The notes beneath the pieces are model-generated. The model searched no databases. It was not told the origin of the DNA and worked only from the letters and a program-made list of their open reading frames with translations. A DNA stretch of 64,000 bases. It comes from Octopus bimaculoides. Lineage: Eukaryota. This document shows, in pieces, positions 13,331 to 27,021 of the stretch. Both the position numbers and the translations under genes were made by a program. Position 1 is the stretch's first letter, and every line of letters starts with the position of its first letter. The stretch spans positions 103,460,604 to 103,524,603 of the forward strand of contig NC_068983.1 in assembly GCF_001194135.2 (NCBI RefSeq), in the 5' to 3' direction.

Positions 13331-13849
13331 TAACTAACAGGAATCCATATATTTTTCTAAGCAATTACCATCAAGCAGGCAATTGTTAGGATTTGTGTAA
13401 TTACAGACAGGTGCAGGATTTGAATTTTGGTTGCTGCTGGTGGTATGTAAAAAGCACCCAGCAGACTCTGCTAAGAGATTGGCATTAGGAAGGACATCCA
13501 GCCATAGAAGCCATGCCTCAACAGACAGCTGTAGTTTGGACAGCTCCCTGGGAGCCAGTTCCATGTCAAACAGTCCAATCCATGCCAGCATGACAAGCAG
13601 ATGTTAATCGATGATGATGATGTTGCTTGTAATCTTTCTAGCATTAGGATTTCTTATGCAAACTGTGAAATTCTTGCTGGCATAGTAGCTCACTTTGAAA
13701 GTGGGTCTTGATGAAAATCTTGTGATATATATGGTTCACTAGAAAACAGTATAAGACAGACTTAAGGAACTACTTTTCTATGGTAGATTTTATAGATAAA
13801 TTGGAGACAGAATTATATCATAAAAATTCCACATTTTCCACATTATAAA

Positions 13850-14050
13850 CCCTATAGCATTTTAACTGGCCACATCCAGCTCAAATATTCTACCTGTTTT
13901 ATGTTCAAACTGGCTATATCCAACCTCTTACACATACCCTACAATGTCATTTTAAAAATAAACAATCGCATCATCAAAATCTTGAAGATACAAGATAATG
14001 CATGATTAATTCAAAACAATGTGAATAAATAAGCATTACATTTGACAGAG
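13850..14050 (-). mobile_element. piggyBac-like MITE family 1, one end truncated
   Basis: Begins CCCTATAGCATTT; body matches 54502-54716. Confidence 0.7.
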
Positions 14051-15447
14051 TACCTATATGACAGCAAAACAACTGAAGTTGTCTTATTTTACTTTTTTTT
14101 TCTATTTGATAACAGCTGACTTAGCTGGGGAATATGAAACAGCAAAAATGCAACTTTTTAGTTAGTTTTACTTTCTAGCTGTAACTAAAATTGTGTACAA
14201 ATCTTCTAAGCTGAAAGTTTTTAAAAAATCTATTTTATAAGTTTTTTTTGTTTTTTTCTTTTTTAATGTTCCCATTAATATTTTCTATTCCTTCTCTTCA
14301 ATGCCTTTAACCTCAAGCCTAATAATTGAATCAAGACAAAACTAAAAAAAAAAAATAAAAGTACAAACAAAATGTTTTAGGTGGTGGCTTTATATTTAAT
14401 ACGATACTTTTACAATACTTTTGCTTTTCATCAATAACTCAGACTCAGATACATAAAGGAAATTCTGCTTTGGCTGCAAAATATTACACACAATCTGCCA
14501 ATACTTTAATGTAACAGAGTGTGGGCCAAATAATATATTTGTTTATCAATATGTCCAGAAACAAAATTAAATTTATTACAGCTTTTTGATGAGAATGAAA
14601 TTATTATTACAATCAAAAGGTCTATGCACAAGTCTCTGAATCAGCCGACATTCTGTCTGTCTATGTATCAATGACAAGGCAATTTGCTTCCATCTCACTG
14701 AATATTTATAAGCATTTTAGCAAAGCAAGGAATAAGTGTCAAAGGAGGTGTGGGGGGGGGATGTTAGATATCAATAAATATTTTAATAGCAACAATTGTA
14801 AATAGTATCATGGCTGAATAGTTAAAGAGATTCTCTTGGGGCTCAGGAAGAGGAAGACTGGTATTTATATGGATGATAGATTAATTTCACCAATAACATT
14901 TCTCTAATATTTAGTACATATTTTAAACAGCTACATGAATTGATGCATGTAGATATGAACTCAAGATCCATGGGCTGGTACTTTAATGTTGTATTTAATG
15001 TTAAGTTTGAAAATTTGTGGGGTTTTTTTCTTATCTTTTTCATTGGTGATTTATGAACCAATGGAGAAGCCTCTTACATGGTTACTGGATCTGTTATCTT
15101 TTCCATTAGCTCACCCCACCTACCATCTTCAAAAAAAAAAAAGGTAGGGGAAGGATGTATAGATGACACTATGTAATAAGTAAAAGAGAGCAGTAACAGT
15201 TGGAGTACTTGTGATCATAGGACTGTTTAATCAGAGCTGATTTGGGACAAATAAACACACACACACACACAGTGGCGCTCATACACCAACATGTCTACAT
15301 TCACACAAGCCAGCAAAGATACCTCTACATGACAGCTAAGAAACCTACCGTTTTAGTAACAGAGTGATTTTCAAGAACTTAGGATCAGCTGGAAAGTATA
15401 TTATACTGAGTAATATAACGAATCCTTAATTCCATGAAATTCCTCTT

Positions 15448-15817
15448 CTTTTAGTTGTTGCAGTCATTTGATTGTGGCCATGCTGGAGCACTGCCTTGGA
15501 AGTTTTAGTCAAACAAATCAACGCCAGGACTTGTTTTTTATTAGCGTACTACTTATTCTGTTGGTCTCTTATGCTGGACTGCTAAGTTTCAGGGACGTGA
15601 ACACACCAACACCAGTTGTCAAGTGGTGGTGGTGGGGCAAACACACACACACATGATGGGCTTCTTTCAGTTTCTGTTCACGAAATCCACTCAAAAGGCT
15701 TTGGTCAGCCCGAGGCTATAGTAGAAGACACTTGCCTAAGGTGCCATGCAGTAGGACTGAACTTGAAACCATGTGATTGGGAAGCAAGCTTCTTACTAAA
15801 CAGCCATGCATGCGCCT
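15448..15817 (-). mobile_element. tRNA-derived SINE A1
   Basis: Tail at left, (CA)n in the middle, head at right. Confidence 0.85.
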
Positions 15818-16169
15818 AAGTATGTAACTTATATAAAATTCATGTTTTGGTCTTAAAGTTAAAGCTTTTACCAATGTGAGTTCTTAAAAACTGTCAGCAA
15901 GCACAAGCAGCTTCAAATTTAAATTTGAGTAAAATGTTTCCCTAATCCCTGCTCAGCATGGCCAACACACCTATTACAAATAGCAACCAAGCTCCTTCCA
16001 ACTAACACCTTACTGTATTAAAAAAAGAACCATACATTAGAAAATATAGTCCTACATAACACTATATTAGAATAAAAGGAGATGATAGATATGAGAAGAG
16101 CTGACCCAGTGCTATGCAACAACAGCAATTTTCATGATTTTATGCATTATTATTGGTATTCACACAGTT

Positions 16170-16824
16170 GCAGGCATAGCTGTGTGGTAGAGGTGTTTGC
16201 ATTGCAGCAACATGATTTTGGATTGCAATGTTTTGGATCCAATCTCATTGTGCAACACCTTGAGCGAGTATAGTCTAACACCTGTACCAGTAGATCACTA
16301 AGAGCACCGTCTGAGCATGATCGTTGCCAGAGCACCAGCTGTCTGGCTTCCGTGCCGGGCGCACGTAAATAGCACCATTTGATCGTGATCGTTACCAACG
16401 TCGCCTTCCTGGCACTTGTGCCAGTGGTACATGAAAAGACATTCGAGCGAGTTTGTTGCCAGTACCGCTGGACTGGCTCCTGTGCAGGTGGCACGTAAAA
16501 TACACCATTTCGCATGTGGCCGTTGCCAGTACTTCCTGACTGGCCTTCGTACCGGTGGCACGTAAAAGCACCCACTACACTCTCGGAGTGGTTGGCGTTA
16601 GGAAGGGCATCCAGCTGTAGAAACTCTGCCAGATCAGATTGGAGCTTGGTGTAGCCATCTGGTTCACCAGTCCTCAGTCAAATCGCCCAACCCATGCTAG
16701 CATGGAAAGCGGATGTTAAACAATGATGATGATGATGATGATTGACCTAGTCCAACTAGCCTTGGGAGTGAATTTAGTAGACAAACTGTATTTAGCCCAT
16801 CATATATACAGATGTATATATGCA

Positions 16825-16855
<31 letters not shown>

Positions 16856-17055
16856 ACATGTAAATGTTGATGTTTCGTTTGTCACTGTTTGAGCAAAGCA
16901 GTGTTGTTTTTGGCATTCATTGTTGACAATATGACTGGTGAGAGACTTGAAAACAGGTGAGGGTTAGGGACAGAAAAACATCTGACCATAAGATCCAGCC
17001 TCAAAATCAAATTCTCATCCAAGCCATGCTAGCATGGCAAAAACAGACATTAAAC
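16170..17055 (+). mobile_element. SINE A2 interrupted by a family D insertion
   Basis: A head 16170-16280; A body resumes at ~16743; then (TG)n and the alternative 3' module ending ccatgctagcatggcaaaaacagacattaaa. Confidence 0.6.
16290..16742 (+). mobile_element. Retroposon family D with four internal ~63-68 bp tandem units
   Basis: Units delimited by GGCACGTAAAA(G)CACC; conserved 3' end and (GAT)n tail. Confidence 0.8.
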
Positions 17056-17486
17056 AAATAAATAAACAAATAGATCTTTTCTTGATACAATAGTTCTAAA
17101 CTTCAGGTGTGTGAATTTATGTTTTGACAACTGCCAATATTTTCACAAAAAACAAGCTGGGATAAATGAATTAACTTAAAACCTTTGCGCAGCTCCTTCC
17201 AAAGCTGTGACAGCTACCAACAGAGTCCAACTTCTTTTTTTTTTTTTTTTTTGACAAAACTATTTTCTTTGACCAAAATTACAATTTCTTCATTATTTCT
17301 TTGTAAATTTTTAAATCGTGACTTTTGATGACTCAGTGACATAAAAATACAAGAATTCTAAGTCACATGATAGAATAAATAACTACTTAAATAACAAATA
17401 ACAACAGACTTCTAGAAGTCTAAGAAAGTAAATATACAAATACACACATATATGCATAAGTAGTACAAGTGGTGGTGGTGGTGAAG

Positions 17487-17521
<35 letters not shown>

Positions 17522-18454
17522 GAAGAAAGTAGGATAGGAATCAATACGATATTAAATATATGAACTTGTAATTTCTCATAAATCCTCTCACTAAATTGTT
17601 AGTAGGCTAATCTCTTCTTTATCATAAACTCTCGGCTTAAATAAGCTTTCCTTATTTAAATCTGACTGACCTGCATAGTACATTTTTGTGGAAAACAGAT
17701 AGATGGATAGACAGAGACAGGGACACAGAGAGAGAGAACTAGAACAAAACAAACAGCTGCTGGGATGTGGCGAATTACTCTTGATAAGTTAAAGACAGTG
17801 TGACCTTGCAATGAAACCAAGGCACATTACCTGGCTTCAGCGTTTCTCAATTATATAGACTTGGATTGGTTTGATTCTTATTTTACTTGAATGGACACTC
17901 ATAGCTATATGATGTCTAAAAATTATATTATATTTTTATCATCATTTAATGCCTATTTTCCATGCTTGCATGGGTTGGACAGTTGATAAGAGTTGGCCAG
18001 TTGGAGAGTTGCCTTGGTTCCATTTGTTTGTTCGGCTTTGTTTCTATGGCTGGATGCTCTTCCTAATATCAACCACTTTACAGAGTGGACTGGAAGCTCT
18101 TACATGGCACTGGCATGGGTGCTTTTATGCGACACTGGTACAGGTACTTTTTATGTGGTACCAGCACCCACAAACCTGCAAGGTGAGGAACCACAATTTT
18201 ACTTAGCTTGACAGGTCTTACTTTTGTAGAGAAGGCAATATGGGTTTTATAGCTTATCACTTATACACTCATATATGCATACATAGTAGTGGTGGTTGCA
18301 GGGGAGAAGAAAGTAAAATACACTTCTCCCCACTTTACAACATAGACTGGGTGCACTTTTATCATGCATCATAATGCATGATATCAGGACAATAATGATT
18401 GTTTCTGTCATTATACTTTTCATCATTATAATCAACATTATCATCATATTTACA

Positions 18455-18703
18455 CCCACTTTTTCATGTTTGCATGGGTCAAATGGATTTTGTTGAAGAT
18501 TTTTTTGTAACCAACTGCCCTTCCTGAAGCCAATTCCTATTTGTTTCCAAGCAAATTAACATTTTTCCATGGCCACCTGTTTTGATGGAAGATTGGAAAC
18601 AAGCAGCATCACTTGTATGATTTTAGAGTTTGTTTACAATTATCACATGATGTCAAAACAAAAAGACACACAAACACACATATATATAACTGTAAGAACC
18701 CTG

Positions 18704-18738
<35 letters not shown>

Positions 18739-18910
18739 TATGTGTGTCTGTGTGTGTGTGTGATGAGATTCTTACTGTTCCTGTCTACCAAATCTACTTA
18801 CTAGGCTTTGGTCAGCCTGGGGCTATAGTAGAAGATTTGCCCAAGGTCCTATGCAGTTTGACTGAACCCAAGCCCACATAGTTAGGAAGCAAACTTCTTA
18901 CCACACAACT
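18455..18910 (-). mobile_element. SINE A2 (full length)
   Basis: A head at right, (TA)n(TG)n hinge, alternative 3' module ending ...gcaaacatgaaaagtgggtgtaaatatgatgat on the minus strand. Confidence 0.7.
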
Positions 18911-21900
18911 ATCAAAGTGTCTATGTTGAAAGAAAAGGTAAAAGTAGAACAGGAAATTAATAGTCAAGAAGACAGATTGAGAAGTGGCAGAACACAATAA
19001 TGAAAAACTAGGAAATTCAGATATTGAAAAGGAGAGAGGGAGAAAAAGAGAGAGGAAGTCAAGATGATGATGATGATGATGATGCAATAGTTCAAAAGTG
19101 TAATAAATTGGTTTGAACTCTTTTTTTATCTATTGAGGTATTTTTCGTATTTTCACGAGTCTCTTATACTTCATGTAGAACAAAGTTCCTAAATCCATCA
19201 TAATTGACCTTTCTAGACTTTCACAGACTCATCATCAGGATATGTTATTGTCTTTTTCTGTTTCAATGTGTATGCATGTGTGGCTGCACGGTTTCTTCAC
19301 CTCATGATTGTTAAATGTGATTTCTACAGACTTTGTCTGAATATGGAATAGGAAAAATCTAAAATTCCAAGCACATGCCTTCATTGAAGATTGATGTTTT
19401 CTGATGGTACAGAACAGATGATTGGATAACCAGACTGGAAGGAATAGTAGCAACCAGTTGCTATTTTACTGAATATCACTTAAACTTTTATGTAAATATT
19501 TCCTGGTAGAAAATTTACCTATGCCTAACACTTAGCATTCTGAACTTGCTGTTTGCTTGAGATAATGAAAAAGCTTCTAGTCATAAAACCTGCAAGACAA
19601 AGCAGCAAACTCTGATTTAAAGCAAACTTTTGTGTTATAAATGGAAAATATTAGATAATCATGGAGGAAGTACCTTTCATCATTTCAGTAAGGATTGACT
19701 TGGGTCTAAACAACCATTTATTGCATGCTCAAGTCAACAGAGAAGCCTCTATATGGTTGTCTGATGATCTAGAAATAACTAAATTTTCAAGGAGTATATA
19801 CTGGCTGATCGAAAAAATATAAAATGGTCCTGTTTGGGAATCCATTTGATCATTGGTCTAACTAGATGAAGTTTGACACAAAATCTATATCCTTAACTAT
19901 GAACAATACACAATTGCAGCCTCAAAAATCTATCCAAATGTTAGGCTCTACTATGAAACTCACAATGGAGTATTGCTTTCACATTTGCATGTCAATATGA
20001 CTAGGTTGAAATGATTAACTCGCAATTCATAATCATTTTAGACAAAACATTCTTTAGTAAGTTGGTTGATTTAGACTGTTAATAATTTAGCTAAAATTAG
20101 TTGAAGAAAGATAAAGTGATGTTGAAACAAAATCTGAGATTATATCAGGAGGCAATTGTTAATAAAAAAAAAAAAGTGTTTGAAGCCAATTGTTAATGAA
20201 AGGATTAATTATTCAGAATAATTCCCATCATAAAGATATTAACTGAGGTGACCAACTTGATAATTTTATGAGATATTTTCTTCAATTGTTTTATCTAATA
20301 TTCCCAGATACCATCAAACCCTCTATCAAAAATTTTTATTTTTGAAAAATCAATACAATTAATTGTAAAAAAAGAGAATTAAAAAAAAGAATAGTGCATA
20401 TGTAACACATATATGCTGTATAAAGGTGACTTAAGTAAATGAGACACTGGAATATGGACTAATATGTTGGGATTTCACATCCACAACAGATGCTTCATAG
20501 TTTCTGAGCAGAACACGTTATTCTACATTACTTTAGTCCAATGACTGAAACAAGTAAAAGATAAAAGAGAACTGCCAGAAATATGTACTAGATCATCTGG
20601 AAATGTTACCTGCAATAGAAATAGACTATCATACCTATGAGGAAGTTTTCTCTTAACCTAATTAACTTGTAAAACTTTGGGGTTATGTATCAAGCATTAA
20701 AAAGCTCTCCTAGGTATAGGAGACAGTTATTTGTTACATGAAGTCATTGCTGCACCCTTTAATCAAACTGACTAGTAAAATTCACCAAAATCTTCAACAA
20801 CTCAAAATTTCAGATTAATTCAATAAGCACAAGAGAAGTAATCATTTTTTAAAAATTCAGTTAAAAATTAACTACCAAAATCTGGTTAACTGATGTTTAT
20901 AGGACACATAGAAAGCATTGATTTATTTTCATCTATTTAAGCATTCTTTGAAAGAAATGTGTTGTTGTTTAGCCCTAGCAAAACACCAACAAAACCTATG
21001 CTCATAGGTTCATGACACCCCCACTAAATTTTTAAGAGTATGTATAGAATTTAGTTCATATTAGAATAATATGGATCACCTCCTCCCAGAAGTAAAAATT
21101 GGTTTTCTAGATTGGGCCCAAAACCCCAATCTAGAAAAAGCAATGTTACAGAAGCATTGATGAAAATTCAAAACCAACAAAACATGAGGGAAGAGGGCCT
21201 TCAATTAGGGAAAGACAACCCAGAGTTGAGAACGGAGAAAAGTTGTCAATCGTCTATGTTTCATACGGAGTGAAGAGCTTAAGTAAGTATAGGACAACAT
21301 TATCCAATGTACTCTGTCCTTATATAAGATTGTAAGATGTAATCTGAGGGAGATTTGGCAAATATTTGTCATCAGTCAAGTGGTCACACCTGATATATAT
21401 CATTGATATTAAGATGATTTTTAAAACTAGGTGAAGAGTAAGTGGCTTGCTACACCTTAGCTATGGTCCAGCCTGATATTGTAGAAAAAAACAACATATA
21501 GTTGATATGTATAAAAAAATTATTGCCTGATCAGGTCATCTATATGATACTTAAAGTTGTTGTTGTTATCTAAGTCTCAGTTAACCGTAGCTAACCACAC
21601 CTACATCGTATGAGTGTATGCTTGCATCTCTTTTTAAAATGGTATTGGTATGATTTGATGGAGATATGCGAGCATGAGGGTAGTAGTCTTTACATTCTAA
21701 GTTCAAATCTCACCAAAGTAAACCTGGCTTTTCATCCATCCTGGGATCAATAAAATAAAATTCCAACTAAGTATCGAGAAGTGATTTAATTGACTGCCAA
21801 TCTTTGCCAACATAAAATATACTAGCATAGTATACAATAGAGCACATATCTCTAACCAACCATGAGGAAGGTGGGAAATGAGGACAGATGAAACAACTTG

Positions 21901-22243
21901 GTGATGACAAATGAAGTGACATAACTGTTGGAAAACACATCTATATCATCAATAGCATTGTATATTACTGCCAATACACATAGGTATCTACACACACACA
22001 CTCGTCCTATCAACTACTAACAAATAACTCACACACTCCCGCCATCACTCTTTTTCTCTCTCTAAAAGTGGACCCTATTAAAAAGGATAACACAAAAGAA
22101 TAAAAAGAAATACAAACGTACACTCATACATATAAAGAAATGACAATCAACAGAGCAATTATCTTTGTCGTCTCCAATATCACCCTAATCATAATTTAAC
22201 ACAAAATTTTGTATTCTAGTAATATTTACAATAGATATCTCAC

Positions 22244-22362
22244 TTTATTCCTATTTTGCATCTGGAGAGAGGGTTTAACTTTTGTAGACCTGATCAATGA
22301 ATTTTCACATTTATCATTGCCTACAAATTCTGCTCTAGCTTTAGTGTTTCCGATAATTTTCG
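22244..22362 (-). CDS. Candidate exon of an unidentified gene (KIIGNTKARAEFVGNDKCENSLIRSTKVKPSLQMQNRNK)
   Basis: Long polypyrimidine tract plus CAAG acceptor, one open frame over 119 nt, donor AAA|GTGAGA; no recognised homology, could be chance. Confidence 0.25.
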
Positions 22363-23759
22363 CTTGAAAAAAAAAAATAGATAAATAAATAAAGGCATAA
22401 AAATTTGCAGCCTTTTAAGTAGAAAAATATTGATTATACAAAACTTAATTGACAGGATTAAGGATTCCATAACTGAATTAATGTGGTTTGTTGTTGTTAT
22501 TGATGTTGATGTTATTTAGTGGTCCAATACTGAGCAAATAGAACTATGATCAAATCCATACTAGCTGTGAACATCCTACCTTTTTGTGCATAGAGAGGGG
22601 GCAGGAACTAACTAGATGTTATACTATCTAATGTGTACTTTTCTTTTAAAGAAGGTACGATGCTGCACTTTGAAGACCATTTAATTGCTATTTCTAGCAG
22701 ATCAAGGGACAACACAAAGCACTGGTCCTCAACTGGAGTCTATATGGCCCTTGAGGATCTATATAAGATTGTTGTTGTTAAGATCTATGTGCAATAAATT
22801 GGATTTACTTCTCCAATACACAAAATATTTTAACAATTTTTTTATATAATTCCCAATAACATTTAATTATAAAAATGAGATTTTAAAAATTGAATGGCTA
22901 TAAGGGTCCACCTGAGTAAAAGAGGAATCAAAGGGGTCCACAGGTAAAAAATGGTCATGAACCACTCACATAGAGGTACTACCATTGGCTTCACGATGAT
23001 TTTGTTAGTAAAGGAATCAGGACTAATTATATTCTTTTAAATATGGCTTATTACTATTAAAAACATGAAATATTTCCTAATTCATGAGCTGGATTGCTGG
23101 GAGTCAAGATTCAGGTATGGTTTCATGGTATATAGTTTTGGAGTAGGATACCAGTCTAAAACAGATAACATTTACATTCTTAGGTTATTTCATACAAATT
23201 CCCAACAACAAACTATAAAAGAATGGGGTTTTGCCAATCTTTAAACAGAAGATGGAAGTTGTTAAGGCAGATTCTCTACACCGGGGTGCCTTTCCAGTCA
23301 CCTATGTTCACCCGTTTCCAAACAAGACTCGACGTGACTGGACATGTTTTCAACAGAAGATTGGAAACAAATGACATCATGTGTATGAGCGTGACACTAA
23401 TTTACAATTTTTGCGAGATGTAAAAACAAAGAGACACAAACACGCATTCACACATCTGTATGTATGCGTGTTTAACACACACACACACACACAATCTATG
23501 AGAAAAACTGAAATTAGAGAATGTCTTTCAAAACATTTTACACACCATTTGCCCACTCACACAAAGACAACACAGAAATAAGACAGGTTATACACTGTAC
23601 AATCATGAATTATTTAGAAATAGCAATCTGATAATGCTGTTTCACATAATTAAAACACTTTGCAGTCAGTCTTTTGTTATTTCCTCATTGGGCAGTTTAT
23701 ACTAAGCAGATTTCCTTCCTCAGGAAAGAAGATGAAATACAACCAATTGGACAATAATA

Positions 23760-24730
23760 TAACATTGCGGCCTTTGAGTTTGTTATAGGTCAAAAAATAG
23801 CAACGAAACCACACGGTAAAAATAGGGAGGACACTATTAGTATTTTCAGTGGAATCATGTACTTGTCAGTAGTATATTAATCATAGCAAGCAAAAAGCAC
23901 AGGAAGAAGAGCATACATTATAGAATGATTTAGCGAGGAAATACGCATGTGACTGTACATGTTTCATTTCTGTTTCGCAAACATTTTCTTACATTCATTA
24001 CATAGAATTCTAAATCATTTTCTGAGTTACGAACCCAGATATTTTAGATCCTATTTTTGATTGTTTTATTTTTGTAACTGGTTTTATTCACTGCAGTGTA
24101 AAAATGCTGAGGGTGGTGGTAGAAGAGAAATGTATTCGATGATTTTAATTGAGTATATTGCCCCCAGAATAAAGTCGTCTGATTGATAACATTATTGATG
24201 TTCCCGATTTGCAAAATTTCACTCCCAGGGTTTAAACTGCATTTTACATTCATATAAAATTTCCACGAGTTTCTTCTCTGTAACGAAGTTACGCGAATCT
24301 AACAGAATCCCATGTGATGTTATGTATCTTCTTCTAAGAATCAAAGTCAAGACGAATATCATGTGTATCACTTTAAGGCACATATCAAACAAGATCAAAA
24401 GAGTGTTTTATAAATACTATAACAAATGAAGAGAGAGAGAGAGAGAGAGAGAGAAAGAGGTGAGAAAAAGAGGGCAGAGAGAGAGAAAGATAACGCGCAT
24501 GTGTGTGTTTGTATGTACATGATATGTATTTTCTCCAAGTCACACACTTCATGCTGCACATGATCACTATTATCTTTCACTATCATCCGATATTGACAAA
24601 ACTTACATCTACAATAAAATAGTTGCTCAGTAAATTGTCTAACAGGGCCGGAGTTCTGTGTTGTATTGGATCGCTAACCACATCTCATACATACATTATC
24701 AAACAGAAATGCTGACCCTACGACACATGT
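23760..24730. promoter_or_regulatory. CpG-retaining unique segment with (GA)n tract, promoter/enhancer-like
   Basis: About 20 CpGs counted by eye in ~1 kb versus about 6 in 19-21 kb; TATAAAA on minus strand at 24412-24406; GA repeats at ~24430-24490. Confidence 0.35.
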
Positions 24731-25642
24731 CAGCAATGACAAATAGCTGGTTTTTATTTGAGACACAATGGCTTTTGATAATAAAAAAAACATCTCACTC
24801 TATCATTGCAATTTGCCTACTTAAATTTATAAGAATTTATTTAAAACTAAAATACATGTAAGTGACATTACAGTTACAGGATTATTAAAAACAGAACTTT
24901 CAACATACAAGGCCAAAACATTCTACCTCTGCATGCTGATCTTCAACAAGGTCTTTGTATTCTTTTATTGATTTCAGTCATTGGACTGTGACCATGCTGG
25001 GGCATTATTTCAAGGGTTTAATGAACTCTAACACATATTTCAATCCGACCCCTTTGTCAAACTGCTATAGTTACAGATAACAGAAGTTAACAACATCAGG
25101 TTTTTAGACGTGTGTGTGAGAGAAAGGCAATTTTCTGCACATTTTTCAATACACTCAGCCTAGGGCTATATAGCACGAGGCACTTCTCATCCCACAATCA
25201 TGTGGTGGTGGACTCTATGTAAATCTGTTTATATACATATGTATCTATATTAGAAGTGCAATACATTTATTTATAGGAAGATGGAGAAAGCTGCTTACTA
25301 ATTAGTTGAAACTATGTAACTTTTACTAAAAGTGAGCAGTTATTAAATTCTCCTTTGTCTAGCATAAGAAATGAGGCATCACAATTACTTGACATCCTCT
25401 AGATGTTATATGTGCACTCCATATTACAAGCCACAACAGTATGGTTTCGTACCAGACTGAAGTATGACATAACCAATATGTTAAACTTATGCACAACTTA
25501 TCATTATTGGTGGGCTAAATTGTGTGCTAAATTTCAACTACACAACAGCATCAATTACATGAGTCAATGAGAAATTCCTACCAAATCTACTTCACATCAG
25601 AAACTACCATCTTACACAAAGGATAAATAGTCATAAACACAC

Positions 25643-26028
25643 TTGTTGTTGGCACTCCGTCGCTTACGACGTCGAGGGTTTCAGTTGATCCGATCAACGT
25701 AACAGCCTGCTCGTGAAAATAACGTGCAAGTGGCTGAGCACTCCACAGACACGTGTACCCTTAACGTAGTTCTTGGGGATATTCAGCGTGACACAGTGTG
25801 ACAAGGCTGGCCCTTTGAATTACAGGCACAACAGAAACAGGAAGTAAGAGTGAGAGAAAGTTGTGGTGGAAGAGTACAGCAGGGTTCGCCACCATCCCCT
25901 GCCGGAGCCTCGTGGGGCTTTAGGTGTTTTCGCTCAATAAACACTCACAACGCCCGGTCTGGAAATCGAAACCGCTATCCTATGACCGCGAGTCCGTTGC
26001 CCTAACCACTGGGCTATTGCGCCTCCAC
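25643..26028 (-). mobile_element. tRNA-derived SINE B (young)
   Basis: Near-identical to other B copies, CpGs retained, (CAA)n tail. Confidence 0.9.
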
Positions 26029-26167
26029 CGTAAAAACACTATTCTGTAACAAAAAAAAAAAACGATGGAATAACCGCAGCAGGAATATCATTGATCATAA
26101 GCTTCCTCTATCTATGCAGCATGTGGTTAAACAAGAATGACTAAAACTGAACCGTCTTCTTACCTGA

Positions 26168-26387
26168 TTCTATAGCATTTAACCTGGCCATATTCGGCCC
26201 AAATATTCTACTTATTCTATGTTCAAACTGGCTGGGTCTGACCTCAAATGCCTATCCTACAGTATCATTCTGAAAATAAACTAATACATCATCAACATCT
26301 CAAAGCTATCAGATAATGCAAAATTAATTGAAAACAATGTGAATAAATAAGCATCACATTAGTCAATGTAATTTGAATGCTACAGGG
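26168..26387 (-). mobile_element. piggyBac-like MITE family 1
   Basis: Ends GAATGCTACAGGG-TTAA; body matches the family. Confidence 0.7.
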
Positions 26388-26636
26388 TTAACACTCTTAC
26401 CATAATTCTTTCAATATCAATTCACTGTGACAACCCCTGACCATAAGATACAAAAACCATAAAGTTTTTGAAATTTTCCTGTTAAAATAAAGACCTTTCA
26501 TCATGATTTTTTACAGGACTCTTTTTGTTATGTTCAAAACACTGGCTTAATATAGTGATTAATGAAAAACTTGACTATCTTATTAAATCTTTTCAAAATC
26601 ATATTTATTTTCAAAGATAACTGAAATGCGTAAACA

Positions 26637-27021
26637 GGCGCAGGAGTGGCTGTGTGGTAAGTAGCATGATTACCAACTACATGGTTCTGGGTTCAGTCCC
26701 ACTGCGTGACACCTTGGGCAAGTGTCTTCTACTATAGCCTCGGGCCGACCAAAGCCTTGTGAGTGGGTTTGGTAGACGGAAACTGAAAGAAGCCTGTCGT
26801 ATATATATGTGTGCTTGTGTGTCTGTGTTTGTCCCCCCAACATCGCTTGACAACCGATGTTGGTGTATTTATGTCCCCGTAACTTAGCGGTTAGGCAAAA
26901 GAGACCAATAGAATAAGTACTAGGCTTACAAAGAATAAGTCCTGGGGTCGATTTGCTTGACTAAAGGCGGTGCTCCAGCATGGCCGCAGTCAAATGACTG
27001 AAACAAGTAAAAGAGTAAAAG
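26637..27021 (+). mobile_element. tRNA-derived SINE A1 (full length)
   Basis: Complete head, short microsatellite, tail GTAAAAGAGTAAAAG. Confidence 0.9.

Noticed and set aside
14930-14976. LHELMH (HExxH-like) after a splice acceptor
   Set aside because: Lacks the downstream metzincin GxxH and any flanking protease similarity.
16290-16575. Regularly spaced repeats resembling a CRISPR array, with a 141-aa ORF
   Set aside because: Whole units are homologous (no unique spacers), the context is a eukaryotic retroposon and there are no cas genes.
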